A stretch of DNA of 64,000 nt from Antedon mediterranea. Lineage: Eukaryota > Animalia > Echinodermata. Of this stretch, positions 13,106-25,704 are shown in pieces; position 1 is the stretch's first letter, and the number at the start of each line of letters is the position of its first letter. The notes under the pieces were generated by a model that was not told the origin of the DNA, searched no databases, and saw nothing but the letters and a program-made list of their open reading frames with translations. The DNA lies in the NCBI RefSeq assembly GCF_964355755.1, contig NC_092680.1:12781045-12845044 (forward strand), given 5' to 3'. A program made the position numbers and the translations under genes.

Positions 13106-15226
13106 TCATTGGATTTCATGCCTTGCTTGATCTTGTAGACTATGTTTATGATCAGCTGGGTTAGGGAAGGCCTCGTACGACACTAACAATACTTCTTGCC
13201 TTGGAGCAGGTGAAAACTCGCCTCGTAAGCCAATGTAGTATATCTTGGTTGAGTCTTCACCAAAGTTCTTGGAGAAATGAATTGATAGTGTGTGTACTCC
13301 ACTGAATCTTGCAATTCTAAAATAATGTTTAAAATGTTCATATTAATACATTTTGTAGAATAAATGTTTTATAATTGTGTATAAAATATAGTTTGGCCTT
13401 TTGTCGAGTACAGAGTGAGGGATGACCTATGCGAGTAGGATAAAACACAATGCCAGATTAGACTTAAGCTCGGTCTACACTATCAAACAACTGACAAAGA
13501 AATGTGATGTGTCCAAATATGGTAATGATATGACATCATCGCATCCATATATGGGAACATCACGTTTGATAGTGTAGACAGAGATTTAGACTGCAAAAAA
13601 ATAAAATAATAGTAAATCAGTTTTTACTTAGCTGTTTTAAGTTTACTTACTTAGTAGAATATTCCAGATCACCTGCGCTGTCTCTCTGCATCTCAAACAC
13701 TTGATCAGGCTCGGCCCTTGCATCATCAAAGGTCATGTGAGGTCGATTCTTAAATCTAAAAATACAGAATTGAAATGTTGCATTTAATTAACTGTAGTGT
13801 ACAGGTATTTTGATGTTCTAAGAATTCAAGATTTCAAAGAATGACACTTAACAATAAAACTTATTTACTTTTGTTGCTATTGCTCATATCTGCTCACATA
13901 TACCTTCTAGTACTGACTATAATATTCTTATTGCCAGTATTATTTAATATTATTATTTATTAAATAATAATCAATATTTTGATGTGTTTTAATACTCACA
14001 GTCTCATTTGAGACGGATGATAATCTTCTTCTCCTCCAATCACAACAATTCCTTTCAATTTTACATGACCTGTGAATCTGAATAAAAGTTAAAATTGTTA
14101 TTAGACAAATCATCTACTATATTGTCCTGTCAACAGTTTCATTGGCTTAATTTTTGTATTGGTTCTTAGATGAAATGATGCATGACATGTTCAATCAATC
14201 AATTAGTGGAGTTGTGGCTTGGTGGTTATGATGCTTGGCTACCACTCCAAGGGTCCTGGGTTCAAGTCCCGTCACATGTCAGGATTTTTTCTAAGGACCA
14301 AATTACTCCACTCCCAAAAACTTGAAATAAGACTTTGTTTATGTAGAGCATCTTGTGTATATGTTTGTCTTGTGAACCTCTGAGGGTCCCTGATGATCAG
14401 CAATAGCTGGATGGATCACCCTCATTAAATATGGTTAAAAAAAAAAAAAAATCTATTCTACTCATCCTCAATTTACCTACATCAGTGTCATAAAATCAAC
14501 AATGTGTTTCAGTAATTTTAACTTACGGAATGTTAAAAAGTAGCTCCTCATCGGCATCACTTTCAACAAACTAAATTTTGGAGAAAATAAAATGTTTTAA
14601 TGAAGCAACAGAAAACTTTTGATTGCTTTTTCTTTTATGCCAGATAGGCTTGCGCTACTAAATACTGTAATTCTGCACCATGTACTACTACTACTAGTCT
14701 ACACATATATGTTCGGTTGTAAATATATCATCAATATTTATTATTATTATTATATTAATATTATTATTATAAATAAGCTGTGTTTGTAATTAAATTAGTT
14801 ACTTGATGCATGATGTGGCTAGGGCCTGCCTATCCCATGCTATGTGACCTAGCCTAGGTGTTACTATACTACTACAGTAGTTACAGTAATACAGTACTAA
14901 ACATTACAGTCCCTAGCTAGGCCATTATCAGTTAGTATAGGCCTAGGCTAGTCCAGGCAGCAGGGGGATCGACCGGCCAGGCTGGAAGGGAACGAATGTG
15001 GTAGGCCGGCCGGACTACCTACCTTTTCTTTGTTCAGTCGCTCATTCCAGGGTTTGAATACTAATTTCCCCGACCCATCATCTACTTCATTTAGACATTC
15101 TACATTATCTTTATCAATTTTTGTAAACAAAGTAAATTGCATTCCTCTTTCTGGACCATCATCATGCGAGTGTTCATCAGCACAACTCCCATGGCCACCT
15201 CCTCCTCCGTGACTGTGACCAGACAT
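13106..15226 (-). CDS. PITHD1: PITH domain-containing protein 1; coding exons 15226-15023, 14570-14527, 14077-14000, 13755-13651, 13316-13106
   Basis: The spliced translation reads MSGHSHGGGGGHGSCADEH..LFTKIDKDNVECLNEVDDGSGKLVFKPWNERLNKEK / FVESDADEELLFNIP / FTGHVKLKGIVVIGGEEDYHPSQMRL / FKNRPHMTFDDARAEPDQVFEM..EYSTK / IARFSGVHTLSIHFSKNFGEDSTKIYYIGLRGEFS..YEAFPNPADH*. These are typical PITHD1 motifs. Junctions are canonical GT-AG and in frame. Confidence 0.95.
14206..14451 (+). mobile_element. tRNA-derived SINE in PITHD1 intron 2 (antisense to the gene)
   Basis: A-box TGGCTTGGTGG and B-box GGTTCAAGTCC, followed by a non-tRNA body and a poly-A tail (14437-14451). Confidence 0.7.
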
Positions 15227-15341
15227 GTTGTTTCGCAAAAAAGAAAATATTAAACAGCGCCATCAATCTGTACATTTGTCCTATGGAAGGCCGAAAAGGA
15301 AAAAAAATACATAGCTTAACTGATGCAACAGGGAATTTTCG

Positions 15342-15477
15342 AAAAATGACCAATTTTCGACCCTTTTATTTTTTGACATAACTGGTTACTATGATTCTAT
15401 AAGATGATGATAACGCAATATATGACCAAAAATGACCAATTTTCGACCCTTTTATTTTTTGACATAACTGGTTACTA
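15342..15477. repeat. 50-bp direct repeat upstream of PITHD1
   Basis: AAAAATGACCAATTTTCGACCCTTTTATTTTTTGACATAACTGGTTACTA at 15342-15391 and 15428-15477. Confidence 0.85.
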
Positions 15478-18203
15478 AATCATATTCTTCATGCGCTGCT
15501 GCCAGCTGATAAGTTTTTGGTTGAACTTACCCGTTTCTTTTTTTTATCATTTTTAATGTTGCTAAAATGAACAAAATAATAACATAACTTAAAGAATAAA
15601 ATGCACAATAAACTACAACAAAATAACAATGACAACAATATAAACATTTCATGTCTTTAATTTTCTATAAACAAAACCCGTTTTCAATCAGTTTTATACC
15701 TAGGCCTACAGTCAAGTTTTATACAAAAATAGATTATATTTTTTAAGACACTATACATGCAGTGTTTAATAGCATACAATAGCTGTACATGAGTTATATA
15801 CTCAAGTCACATAAAATTATTAAAATAACAATGTATACAGTGTAAAGTATAAAGTTACAGAGAGTATTATAAACAATTATTTGCATTATTGCTGTTTTAT
15901 AAGTAATATACAGTTAGCTGCGATTGCGATTAATATTATACAAATTAGCTTAAGTTGGATAAAAAAATGGTTGCACCATATGTATTTACATAAATTATAC
16001 ATAAACTAACTGTTTTGCATTGTATAAAGAAAAGTTCAAATTTGGTCACTAACCATAGATGAATACATGTTAGCACAAAAGACAACTATAACTTTCTACA
16101 TTAAATTCTTGCTGCTAACAAAATTTTGATCCAATAAAGGTTGATTTTGAATCATGACATATTGTTGAAGTTATTCTGTTAATTGAACATAAACAATGCA
16201 TTTATTAGTTATTTTGTAATGCATTGTTTGTTTGTAATATTTATTGCTATCCATAATATACATCACAATACAATTAAACACATCAACATCAGCTGATCAT
16301 TTCCCTATCTTTTACCGGTCAACATCACCTCCTAACAGTATAATCGTATCATCACAAAAAAAACAAAACTATTAAATTTAAGCTGCTGAAGAGTTTTAAA
16401 GGAAATGTCACATGTGTGAAACATAACAATGTGAAAGCTAACAAAATATGGACAAAATAAAAACGTTTTAACCTTGAAATAATAATAATACTGAAAGTGA
16501 AAACATTTTTGTCTGGTTTTGATTAGCTCTGTCTACACTAACAAACTTTATGTGACAAAAGTAAAGTTCTGTCTACACTGTCAAACTATTTTGAAAAAAA
16601 AAAGTGTGACATGCCCAAATATGGTATCATGGCACATCAAATGTTTTTGTCACATAAAGTTTGATAGTCTAGATAGACCTTTAACCAGTTAGTTTTATCA
16701 AGCTAAAACCATGAATTCCCGCTGAAACTAACTAACTATTTTGCTGATGGTTGCAATTGTGACTCCCTAATTATGTTATAGTTTATTATGAGCATGAAAG
16801 AGTGAAATTACACTCTTCCCTGATTGCGAGTTAATTTGTATCCAATAATTGGAAATCAATAATCAATAATCATGACACTCTGCTGTGTGATATTCATACA
16901 GCTTCTTATGTACATGGTGTTTTAAGCCTTTTACTTCCTGTCAGTAATCAATCCAATGTAAAATTGTTGTTGGTGTGATTCAACCTTAATGCATAAACCA
17001 AAAATTAATAATTTTATCAACACAAACATATGTTTAAAGATTAATAGTTTTGTAGACTGTATTGAACATTTTAAAATAACTGCTAATTTTGAAACATGGT
17101 AATTGTATCAAGTTCATCTACCGTATACAACGGGCTATGAACTAAATGTATCATTTATGTTATTTTTATCAAAAGTGGATACACAAAGTTTGGATTGGAT
17201 GGTAGTTATTCCTTTCAAAACATGTTCACCTTTCAAAAGAAGGCCCATTCTCTGGTATAAGTTATTTAAATAACTTATACCATGATTATACCATGATTGA
17301 AATTATTAATAAGTATTTAAAAATACTTATTCATAGTACAAAGGAAATCATTGTACTAAAATGACAGTGTACAACCAATAAAACAATAACTCAAAATTTA
17401 AATATAATAGAATAAAAATGAAAGTTGTTTGTAGTGAACTGGGCGGAAGTATAGATTTGCCATTGTTTTATACAACAATTTGATTTGGCAAGAATTAAAA
17501 TTACAATTCAATTTAGCCTGAGTTTACTTATCTTTTTAAATGTAATCATAGTAATAATTACATTAAGACCTATCTATCAGCAAAAAATTATATTTAACAA
17601 CATTTTGGTACAGATTAATGTAGATGTGTGGCCTGATATTACATTTACTGGTACAATCATACCGTACCAGTAAAAATTACTATTATTTACATAATATACA
17701 TAATGAGATACGAGATGTACAGGTATTTCAGCGTTTTGGCAATAAAATGTTTAAATAATTTGACAATTACGTAGAACTACTACCATATAGCATGCTGAAT
17801 GATAGGTGTCCTAATGAGTAGACCTTTTGATTATGGTATACAATATCAAATCTCATCCTCCTTTTCTCGCAACGTTCGATTTGTTGAAGAAATATGTAAC
17901 TATATTTCATGTTATGTCAATATAAAGTATGTTGCTGCATGGATGCAGTGGCATAACGGCTATGAGGGGGGCTCAGTGGATAAACCCAGGGGCCCCGGAG
18001 CTTAAGGGGGGCTGAGAAATGCCCAGAGGAAAAAATAGGCCACCCTAGCCCTCCAGCATTGAAACTTGGAGGGCCACTTAAGTTTCCTAAACCAGGGGCA
18101 TCAGCATCAGCATGGGGGTATACCTCAATGATTGTTGGAATTAAAACATTATTGTATTGTATATTATAAAAATGTAAATGTTTTTAGTAGTGCTAGTTGA
18201 GTA

Positions 18204-20196
18204 TCAAGCATTAACCTCATTATTGTTAATGGCATTATTATCATCAACCTGAAAGTAAAAACAAAGAAAAAAGATTAACACCTTATGTAAAGTACTTGTC
18301 TACATGCATGCTTCAGTGTTTCATACTTCATTGTTGTTGACAAATATCACAACAGACTTTCTTTTCTTAACACATGCAAGAAGTAAATTGTCAATATTAA
18401 CACACAAAAAAAGAACATAAAAAGACTTTCATCAGTATGTATTTTTTATAATGATTTCATCAATAAATAAACAACCCTAAAAATAACACAAAAGGTTTTG
18501 AGACCTTTATCAGTATTTATGTATTTTTTATAATGATTTTCAAACTACTGTAAATAAATAACAGAATGTCTAATAACTCATTAAACTTTTCCATAATGGT
18601 GTACAAACCACGATCGATCACAATGATTTAACAGTTTTATTTTGAGTAAACAAATCATAAACATAAATAACTACCATACTGATTTTAAATAGTATCGTTC
18701 TTTGTATTTTTATATTATTATTAGAATCAGGCCATTTATGGAAGGATCCCTATGAATTTATAATTAAAAATATTCTTAACATTCTGTAAAAAGTGGAAAA
18801 AGAATACAGTTTTTAATTAGAATCCCGGCCTTTGTAAAAGCAAGAAAATCTGCTAAAATATCAGAATTCCAAAAATGGTATGCGTTTGTTATTACCTCAC
18901 TATCCTGTGCAATCTGACTCGCCTCTTGGTCATGCCTATCTTTTGTAGATACCAATGAGTATTGACCATTGCTGCAAATCTTGCGCTAAAATAAGTTAAC
19001 AATAAAAACTAAAATAATTAATAATAAATAATAATTAATTTAATTAATAAATTACCTGTATTATACTGTACACCAAATATTTGCCATATTGCAACCTAAA
19101 GTATGCATGCATTTTGTACTGTTGTAGTGTAATCTGTATAGTGTTTTAAATGTATCATTTTAACATTTAAACTTACCAAATGTGAAAGATACGAGACTGG
19201 TTCAAATTCGTCGACTCCGTCTATACTGAACACGACCTCACCAACAGACCTCATGGTTCCCATAATAATCAGCACAGAGACGCCGACTACATGCGCAACA
19301 ATGCCGCGATAATGTTCATTATGAGGGAACACGTGGGTGTCGAGTATATACCATACGCCTCTCCACATACTGTTAATAGCAGTAAATTTAATAAATGCAT
19401 AGAATTGCAAAAATAATAATCTCAACAACCAAAATCTGGACAGTTTGGCAGCAGCTCGCTGAACAAATGGATTCAGTACAAATAAAAAAAGGAACATTAA
19501 ATACCCATACGATGCGGATACAAAGCCAGTCATTACGGGGTCGTTGGGGTCAAGAAGCGCATCGATACATTCCCATAAACTTCTCCAGATCGTAATATCA
19601 GCCAGAATAAGTAATAAATACGAGAATAGAACATCACCAATATGTTTAAGATCGTCCACAAAGCTTGCGTCGCCCTCCTTCCTTTCAAAACGCGTATGGA
19701 AAAGATCAAACTGATTCTCTTGCCAATCAAACGACAAAAATGAAGGAGGAAAAGATAAATTGGTTATACCACGCAACGGTATTAGCACTGCAAATCCCAC
19801 TAAACTTGATATCACCGCTTTCTCAATGCCTTTCCCTAAATATATATCCAACAAGCCCCAAGCTCCCCGCCAGACGTTTATTCCAAAAATTGCCGCAGCA
19901 TAATAATACAAGCGTGTTAGAAATACGTTAACAATTTGATATTTTCTAAGTTTCATTCTTATACGATTTAACACATCTTGAAAAAAATGACAACAAATAC
20001 AATATGCTATACCAGCTGTATAGGAAATCCAATAACTATATTTTGGGGTTGAAGAAAGCAAGTAAGAGTCCATTAAAATCCATGTTCCTCTCCATGTAAA
20101 TACGCAAGCTGGCGTAATAATGAACAAAATCACAAACAGGTCAAAGAGTTTGTAAACTAACTTTCGTAGGATGTCTCTACAGCACGACTCGCCCAT
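18204..20196 (-). CDS. Fuseless-family multi-pass membrane protein; coding exons 20196-19177, 18985-18896, 18248-18204
   Basis: The ORF is hydrophobic and has four W-R-G/S-x-W-x-x-x-D repeats (FTWRGTWILMD, VWRGAWGLLD, IWRSLWECID, MWRGVWYILD), characteristic of the Fuseless family. A GTAAGT donor follows ..SYLSHL. Two short downstream exons (RKICSNGQ..QDSE; VDDNNAINNNEVNA*) have GT-AG borders in phase 0 but are less certain. A probable acceptor at 20387-20389 and a donor at 20835 imply a non-coding first exon. Confidence 0.8.
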
Positions 20197-20999
20197 AATT
20201 TCTACTAAAAGTAATTGTACTAAAAGCTGATAAGTAGACTTTTTAGTGAGATTGAAATGAGATCAAAAACTTTTGTTTTTAATTTACTGACAACTCAATC
20301 ACATTAGGTTGTTACATATTGTGCACTCTACTGAATGAATGCACAGTCGGAGTGAAAACAATTTATTGAGGACATCAAACCATTACCTGAAAGTAAAACC
20401 AAGAAAAATATTAACAATATTTACGGTTTAATTAACAAACGTAATGTGAAATAACTATATATAAAAGGCCACTACCTAGGCCTATTAATATATTATAGTA
20501 TTGGACTATTGTTGGTTGGTATTAAATATTAATTAACCGTAAATATCTACACAAATATACATCCAATCCAAGCAAGCAAGGAAGACTTAATTTACTCCAG
20601 GACTACACAACTAGCCTAGCTAGGCCTAGGATAGGTTATCTAGGTAGGCCTAAATCACACTCCCAGCAAACAAAGACATACAAAAGAGAATTTCCCCAAT
20701 ATTTTCCACTGCAATCAAATGGCTTGGACACCACCTCCCCACCTACTACTACTAGGCCTAGCCTAGCTAGTACTCCCTACCTACACCACCTATTCCACAC
20801 AGCACAGCCAAGAAAGAGGCCTAGCCTAGGCCTACCTTCCACACATGAGTGAGTCGGGCTGTCATATCCACCGTCATATATACGTACTGTATAATTACCT
20901 ATATTTGTTTACTGATTTACGGTAATGAACTAAATCACATCGTGATAAAACAAAAACAACGAATGAAAGAAGTTCCCACCACGTCACATCATACGAGGC

Positions 21000-23900
21000 A
21001 TATTCAGAGCGTCATTTCGACGATCGAGCATTCTCAACTTCACTATTTACTTCTACGGAGCGCCATTTATGCCTTTATTTACTTCCGAATTAGAAATAGT
21101 ACTACGGTAACTGCTCCAGTGGACCAAATTTAGCACCGGTGGAGCACAGTGATATAAAATAGAAATAAGTCACTAATTTTATTATCTTTTCGTATGTAAA
21201 TACACTGTGCTCAAGTGGACATAATTTGGCGCCAGTGAGGAGCACAGTTATGGAAAGCCAAACCCGCCAAAAATACATAATACATACCATCCACCAATAA
21301 TTAATTCGTACAAAATTCAAACCATCCAATATTATCTCATGCAGTTCAATGAAAACTTAAACCATTCACCTAGTATCTACACCATCCAATACAATGTGTG
21401 ACCATCTACCACTAGCCCAAACGACAGTACGCCGAACAAACTACCCATAACACAAACCATCTAAAGAATGTTGAGCCCAGGCAGCAATAATTGAATTAAT
21501 CTAACGTTAATACAAGTATATATTAGCCAACTCATTTATCAACATTTCATGTAGTTCATGAACATTTCAAACAAAGCATCTTAATTATAGTTCATCGAAT
21601 TCTAATTCTAATACATTGCCTGTTTTATACCCCGTTCGTCTGTTCAACAGTTTAAACAACTGTTTTGCACACGATACGCCCGTTCGTGAGTTCAAACCAT
21701 GATATTTGAAGCATCGACTTTCCAAACAGCGATTTTTCGCACCGAACGTATTTTCTTGAGTTAAAGTGGTTGCATTTCAATCACTTACTTTTGATTGGCC
21801 AGTATTACACACCGTTCGCTTGTTCGTGATTTCAAACCATGATATTTGAAGCATCGACTTTCCAAACGGCGATTTTTCGCACCGAACGTATTTTCTTGAG
21901 TTAAAGTGGTTGCATTTCAATCACCTACTTTCGATTGGCCAGTATTACACACCGTTCGCTTGTTCGTGATTTCATGTGATAACATTTCATTCGACAACTT
22001 TTCAAACGTTAGCTTTTGGCTCCGCTTACGTATATATCAATTGATATACTATTTTTTAATTTTCATACTTTCCATACATCAGTTTTGTACATCATTCGCA
22101 TTTACGCATGTAAAGTGTAGATATTCCACTCGACAAGTTTTAAAACGGTAGTTTTTTTTTTATTGTTAAATTGTAACTGTTGGCGCCGATTTTATATTGG
22201 GGGGGGGGGGGAGGTGTTCGGTACTGAATGTGAACAGTACACATTTTTAAATATGGTATCTCTACATGTCCGGAAATTACACTCTCTCAAAAAAGGGTTT
22301 TTTTTTCCGTAGTGTGTAATATTAAATCAACCACAACCACAACCGTAAGATGAGAACATTTTAGGAACAATGGACATGTTAATTGTAACAGGCCCACAAG
22401 CTAAATTATATTATTTCATTCTGTTTTTTTTTCATTATTTAAGTTTGTGATAATGTGTGTAACCAGGGAGATGTAAAATAAATTTATAAATTAGTTTACA
22501 TCTCCCTGTGTGTGTAACGTAGGCCTAGGCCTAAGTAAGTGTCATACAGTCGTAAAGTTGACATTCACCCCCCCGCCCCTCAATATTAAATCGGCGCCAA
22601 CAGTTACAATTTAACAATAAAACAATAAATGTGCGAACAACTACCGTTTAAAACTTGTCGAGTGGAATATCTACACTTTACATGCGTAAATGCGAATGAT
22701 GTACAAAACTGACTATGGAAAGTATGAAAATTAAAAAATAGTATATCAACTGACATATACGTAAGCAGAGCCAAAAACTAACGTTTGAAAAGTTGTCGAA
22801 TGAAATGTTATCACATGAAATCACGAACAAGCGAACGGTGTAATACTGGCCAATCGAAAGTAGGTGATTGAAATGCAACACTTTAACTCAAGAAAATACG
22901 TTCGGTGCGAAAAATCGCCGTTTGGAAAGTCGATGCTTCAAATATCATGGTTTGAACACGAACAAGCGAACGGTGTGTAATACTGGCCAATCGAAAGTAA
23001 GTGATTGAAATGCAACCACTTTAACTCAAGAAAATACGTTCGGTGCGAAAAATCGCCATTTGGAAAGTCGATGCTTCAAATATCATGGTTTGAACTCACG
23101 AACGGGCGTATCGTGTGCAAAACAGTTGTTTAAACTGTTGAACAGACGAACGGTGTATAAAACAGGCAATGTATTAGAATTAGAATTCAATGAACTATAA
23201 TTAAGATGCTTTGTTTGAAATGTTCATGAACTACATGAAATGTTGATAAATGAGTTGGCTAATATATACTTGTATTAACGTTAGATTAATTCAATTATTG
23301 CTGCCTGGGCTCAACATTCTTTAGATGGTTTGTGTTATGGGTAGTTTGTTCGGCGTATTGTCGTTTGGGCTAGTGGTAGATGGTCACACATTGTATTGGA
23401 TGGTGTAGATACTAGGTGAATGGTTTAAGTTTTCATTGAACTGCATGAGATAATATTGGATGGTTTGAATTTTGTACGAATTAATTATTGGTGGATGGTA
23501 TGTATTATGTATTTTTGGCGGGTTTGGCTTTCCATACACAGTGATATAAAATAGAAATAAGTCACTGAATTTTAATATATTTTCGTATGTTAATAACACT
23601 GCTCAAGTTAGTGGACCCAATTTGGAGCCAGGAGAGCACGTTTATATAAAATAGAAATAAGTCAATGATTTTTAGTATCTTTTCGTATGTTAATACACTG
23701 TGCTCAAGTGGACCCAATTTGGAGGCAGGGGAGCACAGTGATATAAAATAGAAAAAAGTCACTGAATTTGAATATCTTTTCGTATGTTAATACACTGTGA
23801 TCAAGTGGACCCAATTTGGAGGCAGGGGAGCACAGTGATATAAAATAGAAAAAAGTCACTGAATTTTAATATCTTTTCGTATGTTAATACACTGTCTAAC

Positions 23901-24926
23901 GAAATTATAATATCTTTTCGTATTTCAATACACTGTGCTCAAGTGGACCCAATTTGGCACCAATGGGAGCACAGGGAAATAGTCACAGTCAAATACAAAA
24001 ACATCGAGAAAAAATACTTCTGGAATTAAAAAATATTTCAAACTTGGTATATTTGTTCAATATCGGTTACTCCATCCGTAAACCAAAAGAAAAAATAGTT
24101 TCAAGCCACGTCAGTGATTTTAATAACTTGCGTTTGCTTATAAGATACTACTTACTAAAGAAATTTAGTGACTTTTTTCTATTTTATATTACTGTGCTCA
24201 CTGGCGCGCGCGCCAAATTGGGTCCACGTAAGCACAGTGTATTAACATACGAAAAGATATTAAAATTCAGTGACTTATTTCTATTTTATATCATAGTGCT
24301 CCCCTGGCTCCAAATCGGGTCCACTTGAGCATAGTGTATATTATACGAAAAGATATTAAAATTCAGTGACTTTTTCCATATTTTATATCACTGTGCTCTA
24401 CTGGCGCCAAATTAGGTCCACTTGAGCACAGTTTATTAACATACAAAAATATATTAACATTCAATGACTTATTTCTATATTTTATATCACTATGCTCTCC
24501 TTTCGCCAAATTGGGTCCACTTGAGCACAGTGTATTAACATACGAAATGATATTAAAATTCAGTGACTTTTTTCTATTTTATATCACTGTGCTCCACTGG
24601 CTCCAAATTGGGTCCACTTGAGCACAGTGTATTAACATACGAAAAGATATTAAAATTTAGTGACTTATTTCTATTTTATATCACTGTGCTCCACTGGATC
24701 CAAATTGGGTTCACTTGAGCACAGTGTATTAACATACGAAAAGATATTAAAATTCAGTGACTTATTTCTATTTTATATCACTGCGCTCCACTAGTGCTAA
24801 ATTTGGTCCACTGGGAGCAGCTACCGTAGTACTATTTCTATATAAGTAAATAAAGGCATAAATGGCGCTCCGTAGAAGTAGAGAATGCTTGATCGTCGAA
24901 ATGCTCCGAAATGACGCTCTGAATAT
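21000..24926. mobile_element. Large composite foldback element (nested inverted repeats plus ~122-bp tandem subrepeats)
   Basis: 21000-~21250 is the inverted counterpart of ~24690-24926. Inner arms ~21251-22200 and ~22566-23535 are near-identical inverted copies. Tandem ~122-bp units (TGCTCAAGTGGACCCAATTTGG..) lie at ~23535-23990 and, inverted, at ~24160-24815. No transposase and no clear TSD are visible. Confidence 0.8.
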
Positions 24927-25329
24927 ATATATCTCCACATACTATTGAAAAAACAATCATTTACACGGTCCGGTGAGCAACAAAAGGTGGCCTCTCTCTA
25001 TGGCGCGCCGTTAGAGTTTAAAAGATTCATTACTTGTTTTAAAACACCAAATATAACTAGTATAATATAAGTCTCATAGTAATAAATAAATTATATTTCC
25101 TGTTTAGCGCCCTCTGTTTATACAAGGTTGGTTTGATTGTTTTTTTCATGCGCACACGCGTCAATTTTTTGCTGTTGGTGGCGTCTTGTTATCTTTTTTT
25201 CATGAAAATTATTCTCGTCGAAAGTCTATATTTCTGGTCTTGATGGCAGAAAAGACGTAGTAGATTACTTTTAATTACCATCTTTCTTACGCAGAGTAAA
25301 TATTACTAAAATGAAATGCATTGTTACTC

Positions 25330-25660
25330 TACCTAGCTAGGCTAGTTAGTCCAGGCCCGCCGTAATTAACTAGGCCTAGGAGGCCCTAGTAGGGCCAGCC
25401 AGGCCTAGCTAGGCCTCCTAGGCCGGCCCTAACTAGAGGCCTAGCTAGGCTAGGACCAGGACCAGGTAGGCTAGCCAGGCTAGGCTGGGCATAGCTAGCT
25501 AGGCCTAGTCTAGGACCTCTAGCCTAGAGGCCCAGCTAGTATAAGGTAGGCCTAGGTTTTTTTAGCTAGATAGATAGTAGAGAGGCCTTGGCCCGCCGCA
25601 TAATATAAAATAAGAAGGTCTAGAATAGGGCTAGTCTAGTTAGGCCTATCTAACTAGGGT
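25330..25660. promoter_or_regulatory. AGGCCT/CTAG palindrome-rich tract, probably the start of NCOA6 intron 1 (putative non-coding exon 1 at ~25150-25290)
   Basis: Dense TAGGCCTA / GCTAGC / CTAG words. The same tract follows the 5' exons of the other four genes. A regulatory function is inferred, not shown. Confidence 0.45.
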
Positions 25661-25704
25661 ATCATAGTATCAGTATCAATCAGGTTCAGGGGGTATAAAA
25701 ATAA

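Noticed and set aside
14206-14280. Possible tRNA gene
   Set aside because: It has A and B boxes but no convincing acceptor stem and continues into a body with a poly-A tail, so it is a SINE.
17945-18100. GC-rich island (CAGTGGCATAAC..GGGGCCCC) downstream of the Fuseless-like gene
   Set aside because: It resembles a decayed small TIR element, but its ends and TSD could not be defined.
19096-19176. C-terminal VSLNVKM..ACIL of the 366-aa ORF
   Set aside because: It follows a consensus GTAAGT donor and is likely intron read-through; downstream exons supply the C-terminus.
21102-24328. Several 65-124 aa ORFs, some nearly identical on opposite strands
   Set aside because: They are by-products of the inverted and tandem repeats of the foldback element and have no protein motifs.
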